64,000 bases of DNA from the NCBI GenBank assembly GCA_039803925.1, contig JBDRZL010000005.1:9969-73968 (forward strand), read 5' to 3'. Shown here one piece after another: positions 56,250-64,000 of the stretch. The stretch comes from a candidate division WOR-3 bacterium. GTDB taxonomy: Bacteria > Hydrothermota > Hydrothermia > Hydrothermales > JAJRUZ01. Every line of letters begins with the position of its first letter. Position 1 is the stretch's first letter. The translations under genes were made by a program, and so were the position numbers. The notes under the pieces were generated by a model, which did not search any database, had not been told where the DNA came from, and saw only the letters and a list, made by a program, of their open reading frames with translations.

Positions 56250-58570
56250 AGGTAACATATAACTGGTTAAAAGAATATGTTGATTTAAATATTTCCCCAA
56301 AGGAGCTTTTAGAAATTTTTGGAAAACTCGGAATGCCTGTTGAAGAATTCACTGATTTTAGAAAAGGAAAAGAAAATTTAATGGTAGCAGTAATTGAAGA
56401 TATTGAAAGGCATAAAAAGAAAGATAATCTTTTTGTTTTAAATCTAAGAACAAAAAAGGGAAACTTTAAGACTATTTCAGGAGCTCCTTTCCTTGAAAAA
56501 GGTAAAAAAGTTATCTTTGCTCCAAAAGGAACTATCCTGAAAGATTACATTGTTGAAGAAAAAGTTATAAGAGGAGAAGAATCTCTTGGCACAATTGTTT
56601 CAGAGGAGGAACTATCCCTTGCTGATAAAAGTGAAACAGTTATTTTTCTTGATGAAAAGATAAGTTTAGAAGATGACCCTTTAGAGATTCTTGGATTAAA
56701 TGATTACATTTATGAGCTTGAAATTTACCCTAATAGACCTGATTTACTTTCTGTAATTGGAATTGCAAGGGATATTTCTGCGTATTTGAATCTTGAATTA
56801 AAAATACCTGAAATTAAGAAGATTAAAGAAGAGGAAATAGATTTTAAAATTGAAATTGAAGAAAATGCTCCATGTGATAGATATGTGGGTTTAATTATTA
56901 AGGATATAAAAGTAAAGGAAAGTTCTTCAAAAATTAAATACAGGTTAAATTTATGTGGAATAAGAGCAATAAATTCAGTTGTTGATGCTACAAACTATGT
57001 GATGCTTGAAACAGGTCATCCCTTACATGCCTTTGATTTAAATAAGATTAGAGAAAAAATTATAGTAAGAAATGCTAAAAAGGGAGAGAAAATTTTATGT
57101 CTTGATTCAAAATTGAGGGAACTGGATGATGAGGTTATGGTTATTGCTGATAGAGAAAAGCCCCTTGCAATTGCAGGTGTAATAGGTGGTGAAGAATCAG
57201 GAGTAAGGGAAGATACAAGAGATATTTTATGTGAGAGTGCCTTTTTTGAAAAGATAAATATAAGAAAAACAGGTAAAAAACTTAACATTCAGACAGAATC
57301 CTCTTACAGGTTTGAAAGGGGTGCTGATTTTGAAATGGTTTATTACGCAGCTTGCAGATTAAGAGATTTAATTCTTGAAACATCAGGTGGTATTCCCTTT
57401 AAACCTATTGATGTTATAAAAAATGAATATAAAAAGAAAAAAGTTTTTTTAAAAGAAGAAAAATTGAAAAGAATTCTTGGGAACGAGTTTTCTCTTGAAA
57501 AATCAAAAGAAATTCTTGAAAGGCTCTATATAAAATCTAATTTAAATAATGGTATTTTAGAGGCAGAGATACCAAGTTTCAGAAGGGATATTGAAATTGA
57601 AGAAGATTTGATAGAAGAGGTTGCAAGAATTTATGGTTATGAGAATTTTAAATCAGAGGCAGAAGAAGTTTCTTCTTTTATAGGAAAAAGAGATGTTACA
57701 GAGGATAGGATAAGGGAGCATTTTAAGGGTGAGGGATTTCTTGAATGTGTCAATATTTCTTTAATTGAAGAAAAGGAGGCAAATTTATTTTCTGAAAAAT
57801 ATTTAAAAATAAAGAATCCCCTTTCTGAAAGATTTTCTGTTTTAAGATCATCACTTTTGCCTTCTCTTCTTTTTTCCTTAAAAAACAATTTAAGAAAAAA
57901 TGAGAAAATTCAAAAACTATTTGAAATAGGTAAGGTTTTTTATGAAGATTATAGTGAAGAAAAGAAACTTGGTTTACTTTTAGCAGATGTTAAGGAGGAA
58001 AATTGGTTAAAAAGTAAAGAAGTTGAACCCTATTTTGAATTAAAGGGAATTTTAGAAAGTTTTTTTGAGAATTTTGAGGACAGTTTATATTTTGTTGAGG
58101 AGAATTTTTCCTTTTTTGAGTATGGGGCAAAAATTATAATAGATGATAAAGAAATAGGTTTTATAGGAGAGGTAAAAGAGGAAATTTTAAAATATTATGA
58201 TTTAAAAGTTCAGAGTGTTTATTCTGAAATTTCCCTTGATAAAATAAAATTAAAAGATACTTTAGTTTTTAAACCACTTTTCTTATATCCTTCTCTTTCA
58301 AGGGATCTTTCTTTTGTTGGTTCAGAGGAAATAAGAGCTCAGGAATTAATTAAGGCTTTAAAGGAGTTAAAAAGAGAAACTTTAATTGAAAAGTTTGTTC
58401 TTTTTGATGTTTATAAAGGGAAACCCTTAAAAGAAGGAGAGAAAAATTTTACATTCAGAGTATTTTTTAGAAGTATGGATAAAACTCTTTCTGAAAGGGA
58501 TGTGGACAAAGAGGTAGAAAAAATAGTAAAATATATAGAAGAAAAAACAGGATATAGGTTAAGGGGATAG
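56246..58570 (+). CDS. pheT: Phenylalanine--tRNA ligase beta subunit
   Basis: N-terminal tRNA-binding domain, B3/B4 and B5 domains, and a C-terminal FDX-like domain. ATGA-coupled to pheS. Confidence 0.85.
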   Translation: MKVTYNWLKEYVDLNISPKELLEIFGKLGMPVEEFTDFRKGKENLMVAVIEDIERHKKKDNLFVLNLRTKKGNFKTISGAPFLEKGKKVIFAPKGTILKDYIVEEKVIRGEESLGTIVSEEELSLADKSETVIFLDEKISLEDDPLEILGLNDYIYELEIYPNRPDLLSVIGIARDISAYLNLELKIPEIKKIKEEEIDFKIEIEENAPCDRYVGLIIKDIKVKESSSKIKYRLNLCGIRAINSVVDATNYVMLETGHPLHAFDLNKIREKIIVRNAKKGEKILCLDSKLRELDDEVMVIADREKPLAIAGVIGGEESGVREDTRDILCESAFFEKINIRKTGKKLNIQTESSYRFERGADFEMVYYAACRLRDLILETSGGIPFKPIDVIKNEYKKKKVFLKEEKLKRILGNEFSLEKSKEILERLYIKSNLNNGILEAEIPSFRRDIEIEEDLIEEVARIYGYENFKSEAEEVSSFIGKRDVTEDRIREHFKGEGFLECVNISLIEEKEANLFSEKYLKIKNPLSERFSVLRSSLLPSLLFSLKNNLRKNEKIQKLFEIGKVFYEDYSEEKKLGLLLADVKEENWLKSKEVEPYFELKGILESFFENFEDSLYFVEENFSFFEYGAKIIIDDKEIGFIGEVKEEILKYYDLKVQSVYSEISLDKIKLKDTLVFKPLFLYPSLSRDLSFVGSEEIRAQELIKALKELKRETLIEKFVLFDVYKGKPLKEGEKNFTFRVFFRSMDKTLSERDVDKEVEKIVKYIEEKTGYRLRG

Positions 58571-58606
58571 GGTTCTATTCCCCGGTTAGGTTTAAGGAGG
58601 AACTGG

Positions 58607-58795
58607 ATGGATGAAATTTTGATTATGCTTGAAAACAAAATTGAGGAACTTATTTTAAAACTTAAAGAATTTAAAGATTATAAGGAGAAAGTTCAGCATC
58701 TTGAAAGGGAAAATGCTGAATTAAAGGAAAAATTGAATAATGTTCTTGCAAGGATTGAGAGTCTCGTTAATAAGATAAAAGAGGTAGAGGGTTAG
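58607..58795 (+). CDS. Small coiled-coil protein, ZapB-like
   Basis: 62-aa heptad-repeat protein (LERENAELKEKLNNVLARIESL) directly upstream of zapA. Confidence 0.45.
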   Translation: MDEILIMLENKIEELILKLKEFKDYKEKVQHLERENAELKEKLNNVLARIESLVNKIKEVEG

Positions 58796-58796
58796 A

Positions 58797-59060
58797 TTGG
58801 AAAGAATAAGGGAAGTTGTGATAAGAGGAAAAAAATATGAAGTAAGAACTGATTTATCTGATGAGGATTTAAAAAATGTTGTGAATATAGTCAACGATAT
58901 CCTACTTGAAAGTGAAAAAAGCACTGTGACACCTGATTTTGAAGTTATAAGTATCTTAGCTCTTCTTTCCCTTGCTGAAAAAGTATATTTTTGCGAAAAA
59001 AAATTTGATTTAGCCCAAAAAAAAGTTTATAGTTTAATCAGGAGGATAGAGAATATATAA
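58797..59060 (+). CDS. zapA: Cell division protein ZapA
   Basis: VVIRGKKYEVRTDLSDEDLKNVVNIVNDIL...ISILALLSLAEK. TTG start. Conserved pheST-zapA synteny. Confidence 0.6.
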   Translation: MERIREVVIRGKKYEVRTDLSDEDLKNVVNIVNDILLESEKSTVTPDFEVISILALLSLAEKVYFCEKKFDLAQKKVYSLIRRIENI

Positions 59061-59077
59061 AATGAAGGAGATGAAAA

Positions 59078-60367
59078 ATGCTTTTTATGGAAAAAGAAAA
59101 AAAGGATTTTGTTCCTTTAGCCTGGCGGGTTTCACCAAAAACCTTAGAGGAGTTTGTAGGACAAGAGCATATAATTGGGGAAAATGCCCCTTTAAGAAAA
59201 TTACTTGAAAAGGGTAAGTTATTTTCTTCCATATTTTACGGTCCGCCAGGAGTAGGAAAAACAAGTCTTGCAAAATTAATTGCAAGATATATAGATGTTC
59301 CTTTTTATCACTTAAATGCTTCAACTTGTGGTGTTAAGGAGGTAAAAAAAGTATTAGAGGAAGCAGAGAGGTATTTAAAAACAAATGGTAAGGCACCTCT
59401 TTTATTTATAGATGAAATTCACAGGTTTAATCGCTTGCAACAGGAAATTCTCCTTTCATCAGTAGAAGAAGGGAAAATTATTTTTATCGGTGCTCTTGTT
59501 TTAAATCCTTTTTTTGTTCTTGATAAGGCTCTTATTTCAAGGACTTATGTTTTTGAATTTAAACCCCTTTCTGAAGAAGATTTAGTTAAGATTTTAAAAA
59601 GAGCTTTAAAGGAATATCCTGAGATTGAGGTAAAGGAAGAACTTCTTTTAAGATTAGCATCTTTTTCCGAAGGTGATGCAAGGAGAGCCCTTAATTTACT
59701 TGAAATACTCATTGAGACAAAGAATGGTAAGGGTGAAATTAAAATGGAAGACCTTGAAAATTTCAATTTTTATTTCAGGTATGATAAAAAGCAAGACGAA
59801 CATTATGATTTTATTTCAGCCTATATTAAATCAATGAGAGGTTCTGATGCAGATGCAGCTCTTTATTACCTTTTTAGAATGCTTGAAGCAGGTGAGGATC
59901 CAAGATTTATTTTTAGGAGAATGCTTATTTTTGCCTGTGAGGATGTGGGGTTATCTGATCCTTATGCAATAGTTTTAATAACTTTACTTGCAAATGCTTT
60001 TGAAATGGTTGGATTGCCTGAGGGCGAGTTTTTTTTAAGTATGGGAACAATTTACCTTTCCCTTGCGTCAAAATCAAATAGTGTATTAATTTCTATGTCA
60101 AATGCAAAAAAATATGTAAGTGAGAAAAAAATAAGTGAGGTCCCTTTACATTTAAGGGACTCCCACTATCCTTCAGCAAAAAAACTTGGAAGGGGGATAG
60201 GTTATCTATACCCCCACTCAGACCCTGAAGCTATTTATCAAAAATATATGAAAGAATTTTTCCCTATTGTTTTTTTAAAGGGAATCGGTAAGGAAAAAGA
60301 CTTACTTTTAAAACTCAAGGAAATAAGATATAAAAGATATAAATATAAAGAAGGAGGTGAAAAATGA
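59078..60367 (+). CDS. rarA: Replication-associated recombination protein A (AAA+ ATPase RarA/MgsA)
   Basis: Walker A GPPGVGKTSLAKLIA. Walker B LFIDEIHRFN. MgsA C-terminal helical domain. Confidence 0.85.
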   Translation: MLFMEKEKKDFVPLAWRVSPKTLEEFVGQEHIIGENAPLRKLLEKGKLFSSIFYGPPGVGKTSLAKLIARYIDVPFYHLNASTCGVKEVKKVLEEAERYLKTNGKAPLLFIDEIHRFNRLQQEILLSSVEEGKIIFIGALVLNPFFVLDKALISRTYVFEFKPLSEEDLVKILKRALKEYPEIEVKEELLLRLASFSEGDARRALNLLEILIETKNGKGEIKMEDLENFNFYFRYDKKQDEHYDFISAYIKSMRGSDADAALYYLFRMLEAGEDPRFIFRRMLIFACEDVGLSDPYAIVLITLLANAFEMVGLPEGEFFLSMGTIYLSLASKSNSVLISMSNAKKYVSEKKISEVPLHLRDSHYPSAKKLGRGIGYLYPHSDPEAIYQKYMKEFFPIVFLKGIGKEKDLLLKLKEIRYKRYKYKEGGEK

Positions 60368-61917
60368 TACTCTTAATTATCTCTATTTTTTCTCTGCTTT
60401 CAGGAATTATAACGGGTTATATTGTTTCAAAATATATTATAGAGAATTCTTTAAAGAAGAAGAAAGAAGACTCTAAATCTATTATAGAGGAAGCAAAAAG
60501 AATGAGAGAAGAAATTATAGCAAAAGCAAAATCTGAGGCTGAAGAGATTGCAAGGAAGGAGAGGGAAAAGGTTGATTTACAGTATGCAAAGGCAAGAAGG
60601 GAATTAGAAAAATTCAAAAAGGAGCTTCAGGATAAGGAGTACCAAATAGAAAGAAAAGCAGAACTTATTTTAAGAAAGGAAGAGGAACTTAAGGTAAAAG
60701 AAAAGGAAATTTCTGAAAAGGAAAGAATTTTAAGATCAAAGATGGAAAGGTTAGAACAGACATTAACTGAGGAAATGAAGAAACTGGAAGAAATCTCTGG
60801 AATGACCCGTGAGCAGGCAAAAAGAGAACTTCTTAAAATCATTGAAGCAGAAGCAAGACTTGAAGGTGCTCAGCTTATCCACAGGATAAGAGAGGAGGCA
60901 AAACAGAATGCTCAAAGGGAGGCAACAAAAATTATAATTACAGCTATGCAGAGACTTGCTTCACAGGTCTCCTCAGAATCTTCTGTTACAGTTATACCCC
61001 TTGCCTCTGATGAAATAAAAGGTAGAATTATAGGAAGGGAAGGTAGAAATATTAGAACCTTTGAATCTCTGACAGGTGTGGAAGTGATTGTTGATGATAC
61101 ACCGGGTGCTGTTATTTTATCTTCCTTTGACCCTGAAAGAAGGGAAATTGCGAGAATCTCAATGGAAAGGCTTATTGCAGACGGAAGAATTCACCCTGCA
61201 AGAATTGAAGAAGTTGTTAAAAGAACTGAGGAAGAATTTCATGAATATATTAGAATAATAGGTGAGGAAACTATTCTTGAACTTGGTTTAAGAGGGATGC
61301 ATCCAGAACTATTGAGGTATGTTGGAAAGTTGAAATTTAGGTCCTCCTTTGGTCAGAATCTTCTACTTCATTCAAAAGAAGTTGCACAACTTGCAGGTAT
61401 GATAGCAGGTGAGCTTGATTTAGATGTAGAGATTGCAAAAAGAGCTGCTCTTTTACATGATATTGGAAAAGTTGCTGATCCTTCATACGAGGGTCCTCAT
61501 GCTCTTATAGGTGCACAGATAGCAAAGAGATATGGTGAAAGTGATCTTGTAGCAAATGCAATAGCTTCCCATCATGAGGATGTTGAACCTGAATCCCCTT
61601 ATGGTCCTCTTATAGCAGCAGCTGATGCTATTTCAGGTTCAAGACCAGGAGCAAGAAGGGAAACTGTTGAGGCATATATAAAAAGAATAGAAAAGCTTGA
61701 GGAAATTGCCACTTCTTTTGATGGAGTTGAAAAAGCTTATGCACTCCAGGCTGGTAGAGAATTGAGAATTATTGTTCAGGCTGAAAGAGTTTCTGATGCA
61801 GAGGCTTTTGAACTTTCAAGAACCATTGCAAAGAAAATAGAGGAAGAAGTGAAGTTTCCTGGTCAGATTAAAGTAACTGTTATAAGGGAGGTAAGAGCTG
61901 TAAGTTTTGCGAGGTAA
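60364..61917 (+). CDS. rny: Ribonuclease Y
   Basis: N-terminal TM, coiled-coil, KH domain (IGREGRNIRTFESLTGVEV) and HD domain (LLHDIGKV...HHE). Confidence 0.9.
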   Translation: MILLIISIFSLLSGIITGYIVSKYIIENSLKKKKEDSKSIIEEAKRMREEIIAKAKSEAEEIARKEREKVDLQYAKARRELEKFKKELQDKEYQIERKAELILRKEEELKVKEKEISEKERILRSKMERLEQTLTEEMKKLEEISGMTREQAKRELLKIIEAEARLEGAQLIHRIREEAKQNAQREATKIIITAMQRLASQVSSESSVTVIPLASDEIKGRIIGREGRNIRTFESLTGVEVIVDDTPGAVILSSFDPERREIARISMERLIADGRIHPARIEEVVKRTEEEFHEYIRIIGEETILELGLRGMHPELLRYVGKLKFRSSFGQNLLLHSKEVAQLAGMIAGELDLDVEIAKRAALLHDIGKVADPSYEGPHALIGAQIAKRYGESDLVANAIASHHEDVEPESPYGPLIAAADAISGSRPGARRETVEAYIKRIEKLEEIATSFDGVEKAYALQAGRELRIIVQAERVSDAEAFELSRTIAKKIEEEVKFPGQIKVTVIREVRAVSFAR

Positions 61918-61920
61918 TAT

Positions 61921-63093
61921 TTGAAAAAGAGAAAATCAATAGAGGTTAAAATCGGGAATATAATAATAGGTGGGGGAAGACTTCCTGTTATACAATCTAT
62001 GACAGATACACAAACCTCTGATATAGAAAGCACAGTTAAAGAGGTGATTGAACTTATTGAGGCTGGCAGTGAAATGGTAAGAATAACTGTAAATACAGAG
62101 GAAGCTGCTAAGTCTATACCTGAGATAATAAGTATATTGAGGGATAAGGGGTATAGTAATCCGATCATTGGTGATTTTCATTTTAATGGTCATATACTCC
62201 TAAGAAAATATAAAAAAGTTAGTGAGATGCTTGATAAATACAGAATAAATCCAGGAACAACAGGAAAAGAGGAAAACTTTGTGGAGATGATAAAAATAGC
62301 AATTGATAATGATAAACCTGTGAGAATTGGTGTAAACTGGGGTTCAATTGATAAATTCCTTCTTACAAAAAATATGGAATTAAATTCAAAAAGAAAAAAA
62401 CCCTATGATTTTAAAAGAGTTTTACTTGATACTGCAGTAGAATCGGTAGTTTTATCAGCTGAAAAAGCTTTAGAAATTGGTTTGAAGGAAAATAAAATTG
62501 TTTTATCCTGCAAGGTTTCTGAGGTTAACGAACTTATTTATGTTTATGAGGAGCTTGCAAAAAAGGTAAAATTTGCTCTTCATCTCGGATTAACAGAAGC
62601 TGGTTCGGGATTAAAAGGTATTATTTCTTCCTCCATAGGTATAGGTAGCCTGCTTTTAAAGGGTATAGGTGATACAATAAGGGTTTCTTTAACACCTAAA
62701 TTAAATGAGAAGAGAACAAAAGAAGTAGAAGTGGCAAAGGAGATTTTACAATCTCTTGGTTTAAGAAGATTTAAGGCAGAAATTACTTCCTGTCCAGGTT
62801 GTGGAAGAACAAAGTCCTCTTATTTTAGAGAAATTGCTGAAAAAGTAAGTCTCTATCTCGAGGAAAAATCAAAGGTAGATGATAGGTATAAAAATTTAAA
62901 AGTTGCCGTAATGGGTTGTGTTGTAAATGGTCCAGGTGAATCAAAATTTGCTGATATTGGTCTTTCTCTTCCAGGTATCGGTGAAAAAAAAGCTGCAATT
63001 TATGTTAAAGGAAAGTTTAAAAAAAGTATTGAAATTGAAAAAGCAGAAGAGGAACTTATAAGTGAAATTGAAAACTTTATAAAAAATAACTAA
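61921..63093 (+). CDS. ispG: 4-hydroxy-3-methylbut-2-en-1-yl diphosphate synthase
   Basis: IIGGGRLPVIQSMTDT...CPGCGRT...MGCVVNGPGE. [4Fe-4S] Cys ligands. Confidence 0.9.
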   Translation: MKKRKSIEVKIGNIIIGGGRLPVIQSMTDTQTSDIESTVKEVIELIEAGSEMVRITVNTEEAAKSIPEIISILRDKGYSNPIIGDFHFNGHILLRKYKKVSEMLDKYRINPGTTGKEENFVEMIKIAIDNDKPVRIGVNWGSIDKFLLTKNMELNSKRKKPYDFKRVLLDTAVESVVLSAEKALEIGLKENKIVLSCKVSEVNELIYVYEELAKKVKFALHLGLTEAGSGLKGIISSSIGIGSLLLKGIGDTIRVSLTPKLNEKRTKEVEVAKEILQSLGLRRFKAEITSCPGCGRTKSSYFREIAEKVSLYLEEKSKVDDRYKNLKVAVMGCVVNGPGESKFADIGLSLPGIGEKKAAIYVKGKFKKSIEIEKAEEELISEIENFIKNN

Positions 63094-63105
63094 AAAGGAG
63101 GTGAT

Positions 63106-64000
63106 ATGTTTAAAAGTTTATATAAAAAACTTTTATTTTTTTTAATCACTTTTAATTTTCTTTTTTCTCAAATAGGCCCAACTTTTGGTATAAGAGAAAA
63201 TCCACCTATGGTATATGCACTTATAAATGCTAAAATAATAGTAAAGTCAGGTTTAGTAATTGAAAATGGTAAAATTGTGATAAGGAAGGGGATTATTGAA
63301 AGTGTAGGGAAGGATATTGAGATACCACCTGATGCCTATGTTATTGACCTTAAAGGAAAATGGGTTTATCCAGGATTTATAGAACCCTATTTTATTTATA
63401 AGGGTGAAAAGAAAATTGAAACTACTTCAGGTTCTACTTACTCATTTTTCTCAGGTTCAAAGGAAAAAAAGCAAATTAAAAAGGGTGTTTATTACTGGAA
63501 TGATAATGTAAATCCACAGGTAGATATAGCAGATATATATTTTCCTGATGAAAAGATTATAAAGGATTATCTTTCAAATGGTTTTACAGCAGCACTTATT
63601 GTTCCTGAAAAGGGTATTTTTAAAGGTAAAAGCAGTCTATTTTCCCTTTTAAATGAAAAACCTAGTTTAACCCTTTTAAAGAAAGATGTTTTCGAACATA
63701 TAAGTTTTGAAGTAAGAGAAGATGAAGATTATCCGAATTCTCTGATGGGTGCTATTGCTTTAATAAGACAGGTTTTTTATGATGTTATATGGCATAAAAA
63801 GGTATGGGAGAATTACGAGAAAAATAAAAGTAAGAAAAAGCCGGAGTTTATAAAGAATTTAAAAGACCTTGAAGATTTCCTTTATGGTAAAAAGAAAGTA
63901 ATTTTTGAAACCAAGGATGACCTTTATCTTTACAGGGCAAAAAAAATAGCAAGTGAATTTAATCTTGATTATGCTGTCCTTGGTTCAGGTTATGAATACA
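63106..64000 (+). CDS. Secreted amidohydrolase-family protein (partial, continues beyond window)
   Basis: RBS AAAGGAGG. Signal peptide, then an amidohydrolase N-terminal composite-domain pattern ALINAKIIV...GKIVIRKGIIESVG...YVIDLKGKWVYPGFIEPY. Confidence 0.5.
   Translation, partial: MFKSLYKKLLFFLITFNFLFSQIGPTFGIRENPPMVYALINAKIIVKSGLVIENGKIVIRKGIIESVGKDIEIPPDAYVIDLKGKWVYPGFIEPYFIYKGEKKIETTSGSTYSFFSGSKEKKQIKKGVYYWNDNVNPQVDIADIYFPDEKIIKDYLSNGFTAALIVPEKGIFKGKSSLFSLLNEKPSLTLLKKDVFEHISFEVREDEDYPNSLMGAIALIRQVFYDVIWHKKVWENYEKNKSKKKPEFIKNLKDLEDFLYGKKKVIFETKDDLYLYRAKKIASEFNLDYAVLGSGYEY

Noticed and set aside
58565-58590. GGGGATAG-GGTT-CTATTCCCC hairpin at the pheT stop as a terminator
   Set aside because: No downstream T-run. 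The zapB-like gene follows about 20 nt later with its own RBS, so it is more likely incidental or a minor attenuator.

Overview
AT-rich (roughly 30% GC) bacterial chromosomal segment with about 70 protein genes and dense coding. Several secreted proteins end in a type IX secretion C-terminal sorting domain (Por_Secre_tail-like), which points to an FCB-group or candidate-phylum organism. I did not find any rRNA, tRNA, tmRNA or CRISPR in this window.

Gene content, left to right:
- Two small transcriptional regulators (one HTH partial, one Rrf2 family).
- An S8 subtilisin-like protease that carries both dockerin-like repeats and a T9SS sorting domain, next to a cohesin-like lipoprotein.
- A GT4 glycosyltransferase abutting a truncated ribosomal-protein block (S17-L14-L24-L5-S14Z-S8-L6-L18 only).
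- A contiguous ~18.5 kb Tad/Flp pilus locus at 7657-26198, described below.
- Several T9SS cargo proteins: an M4-like metalloprotease with duplicated domains, LVIVD-type and NHL-type beta-propellers.
- Housekeeping genes: folE, an Nfo-like endonuclease, proline dehydrogenase, smpB, an amidase, tig-clpP-clpX, a NifU-like scaffold, an acyl-CoA dehydrogenase, a patatin-like lipase, rplT-pheS-pheT-zapB-zapA, rarA, rny, ispG and a partial amidohydrolase.

The Tad/Flp locus is the best candidate for a novel system. Its composition is non-canonical:
- a secretin with a C-terminal stalk-like domain;
- a CpaE-like domain with a degenerate P-loop fused to the CpaF ATPase;
- TadB, TadC, CpaB and the TadV prepilin peptidase;
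- seven short Flp pilin genes in two arrays, including a near-identical tandem duplicate;
- three TadE/TadG-like pseudopilins, one with a Trp-rich C-terminal domain;
- embedded genes not normally found in Tad loci: a PP2C-like membrane sensor, an 857-aa beta-propeller and a 12-TM protein.

Two recurring non-coding motifs stand out:
- GGTTCAAATCC sits upstream of at least six secreted or pilin genes.
- A sigma70-like element of about 50 nt (TTGAGC-N18/19-TATGGT or TATAGT, then ATTCTACA) occurs three times.
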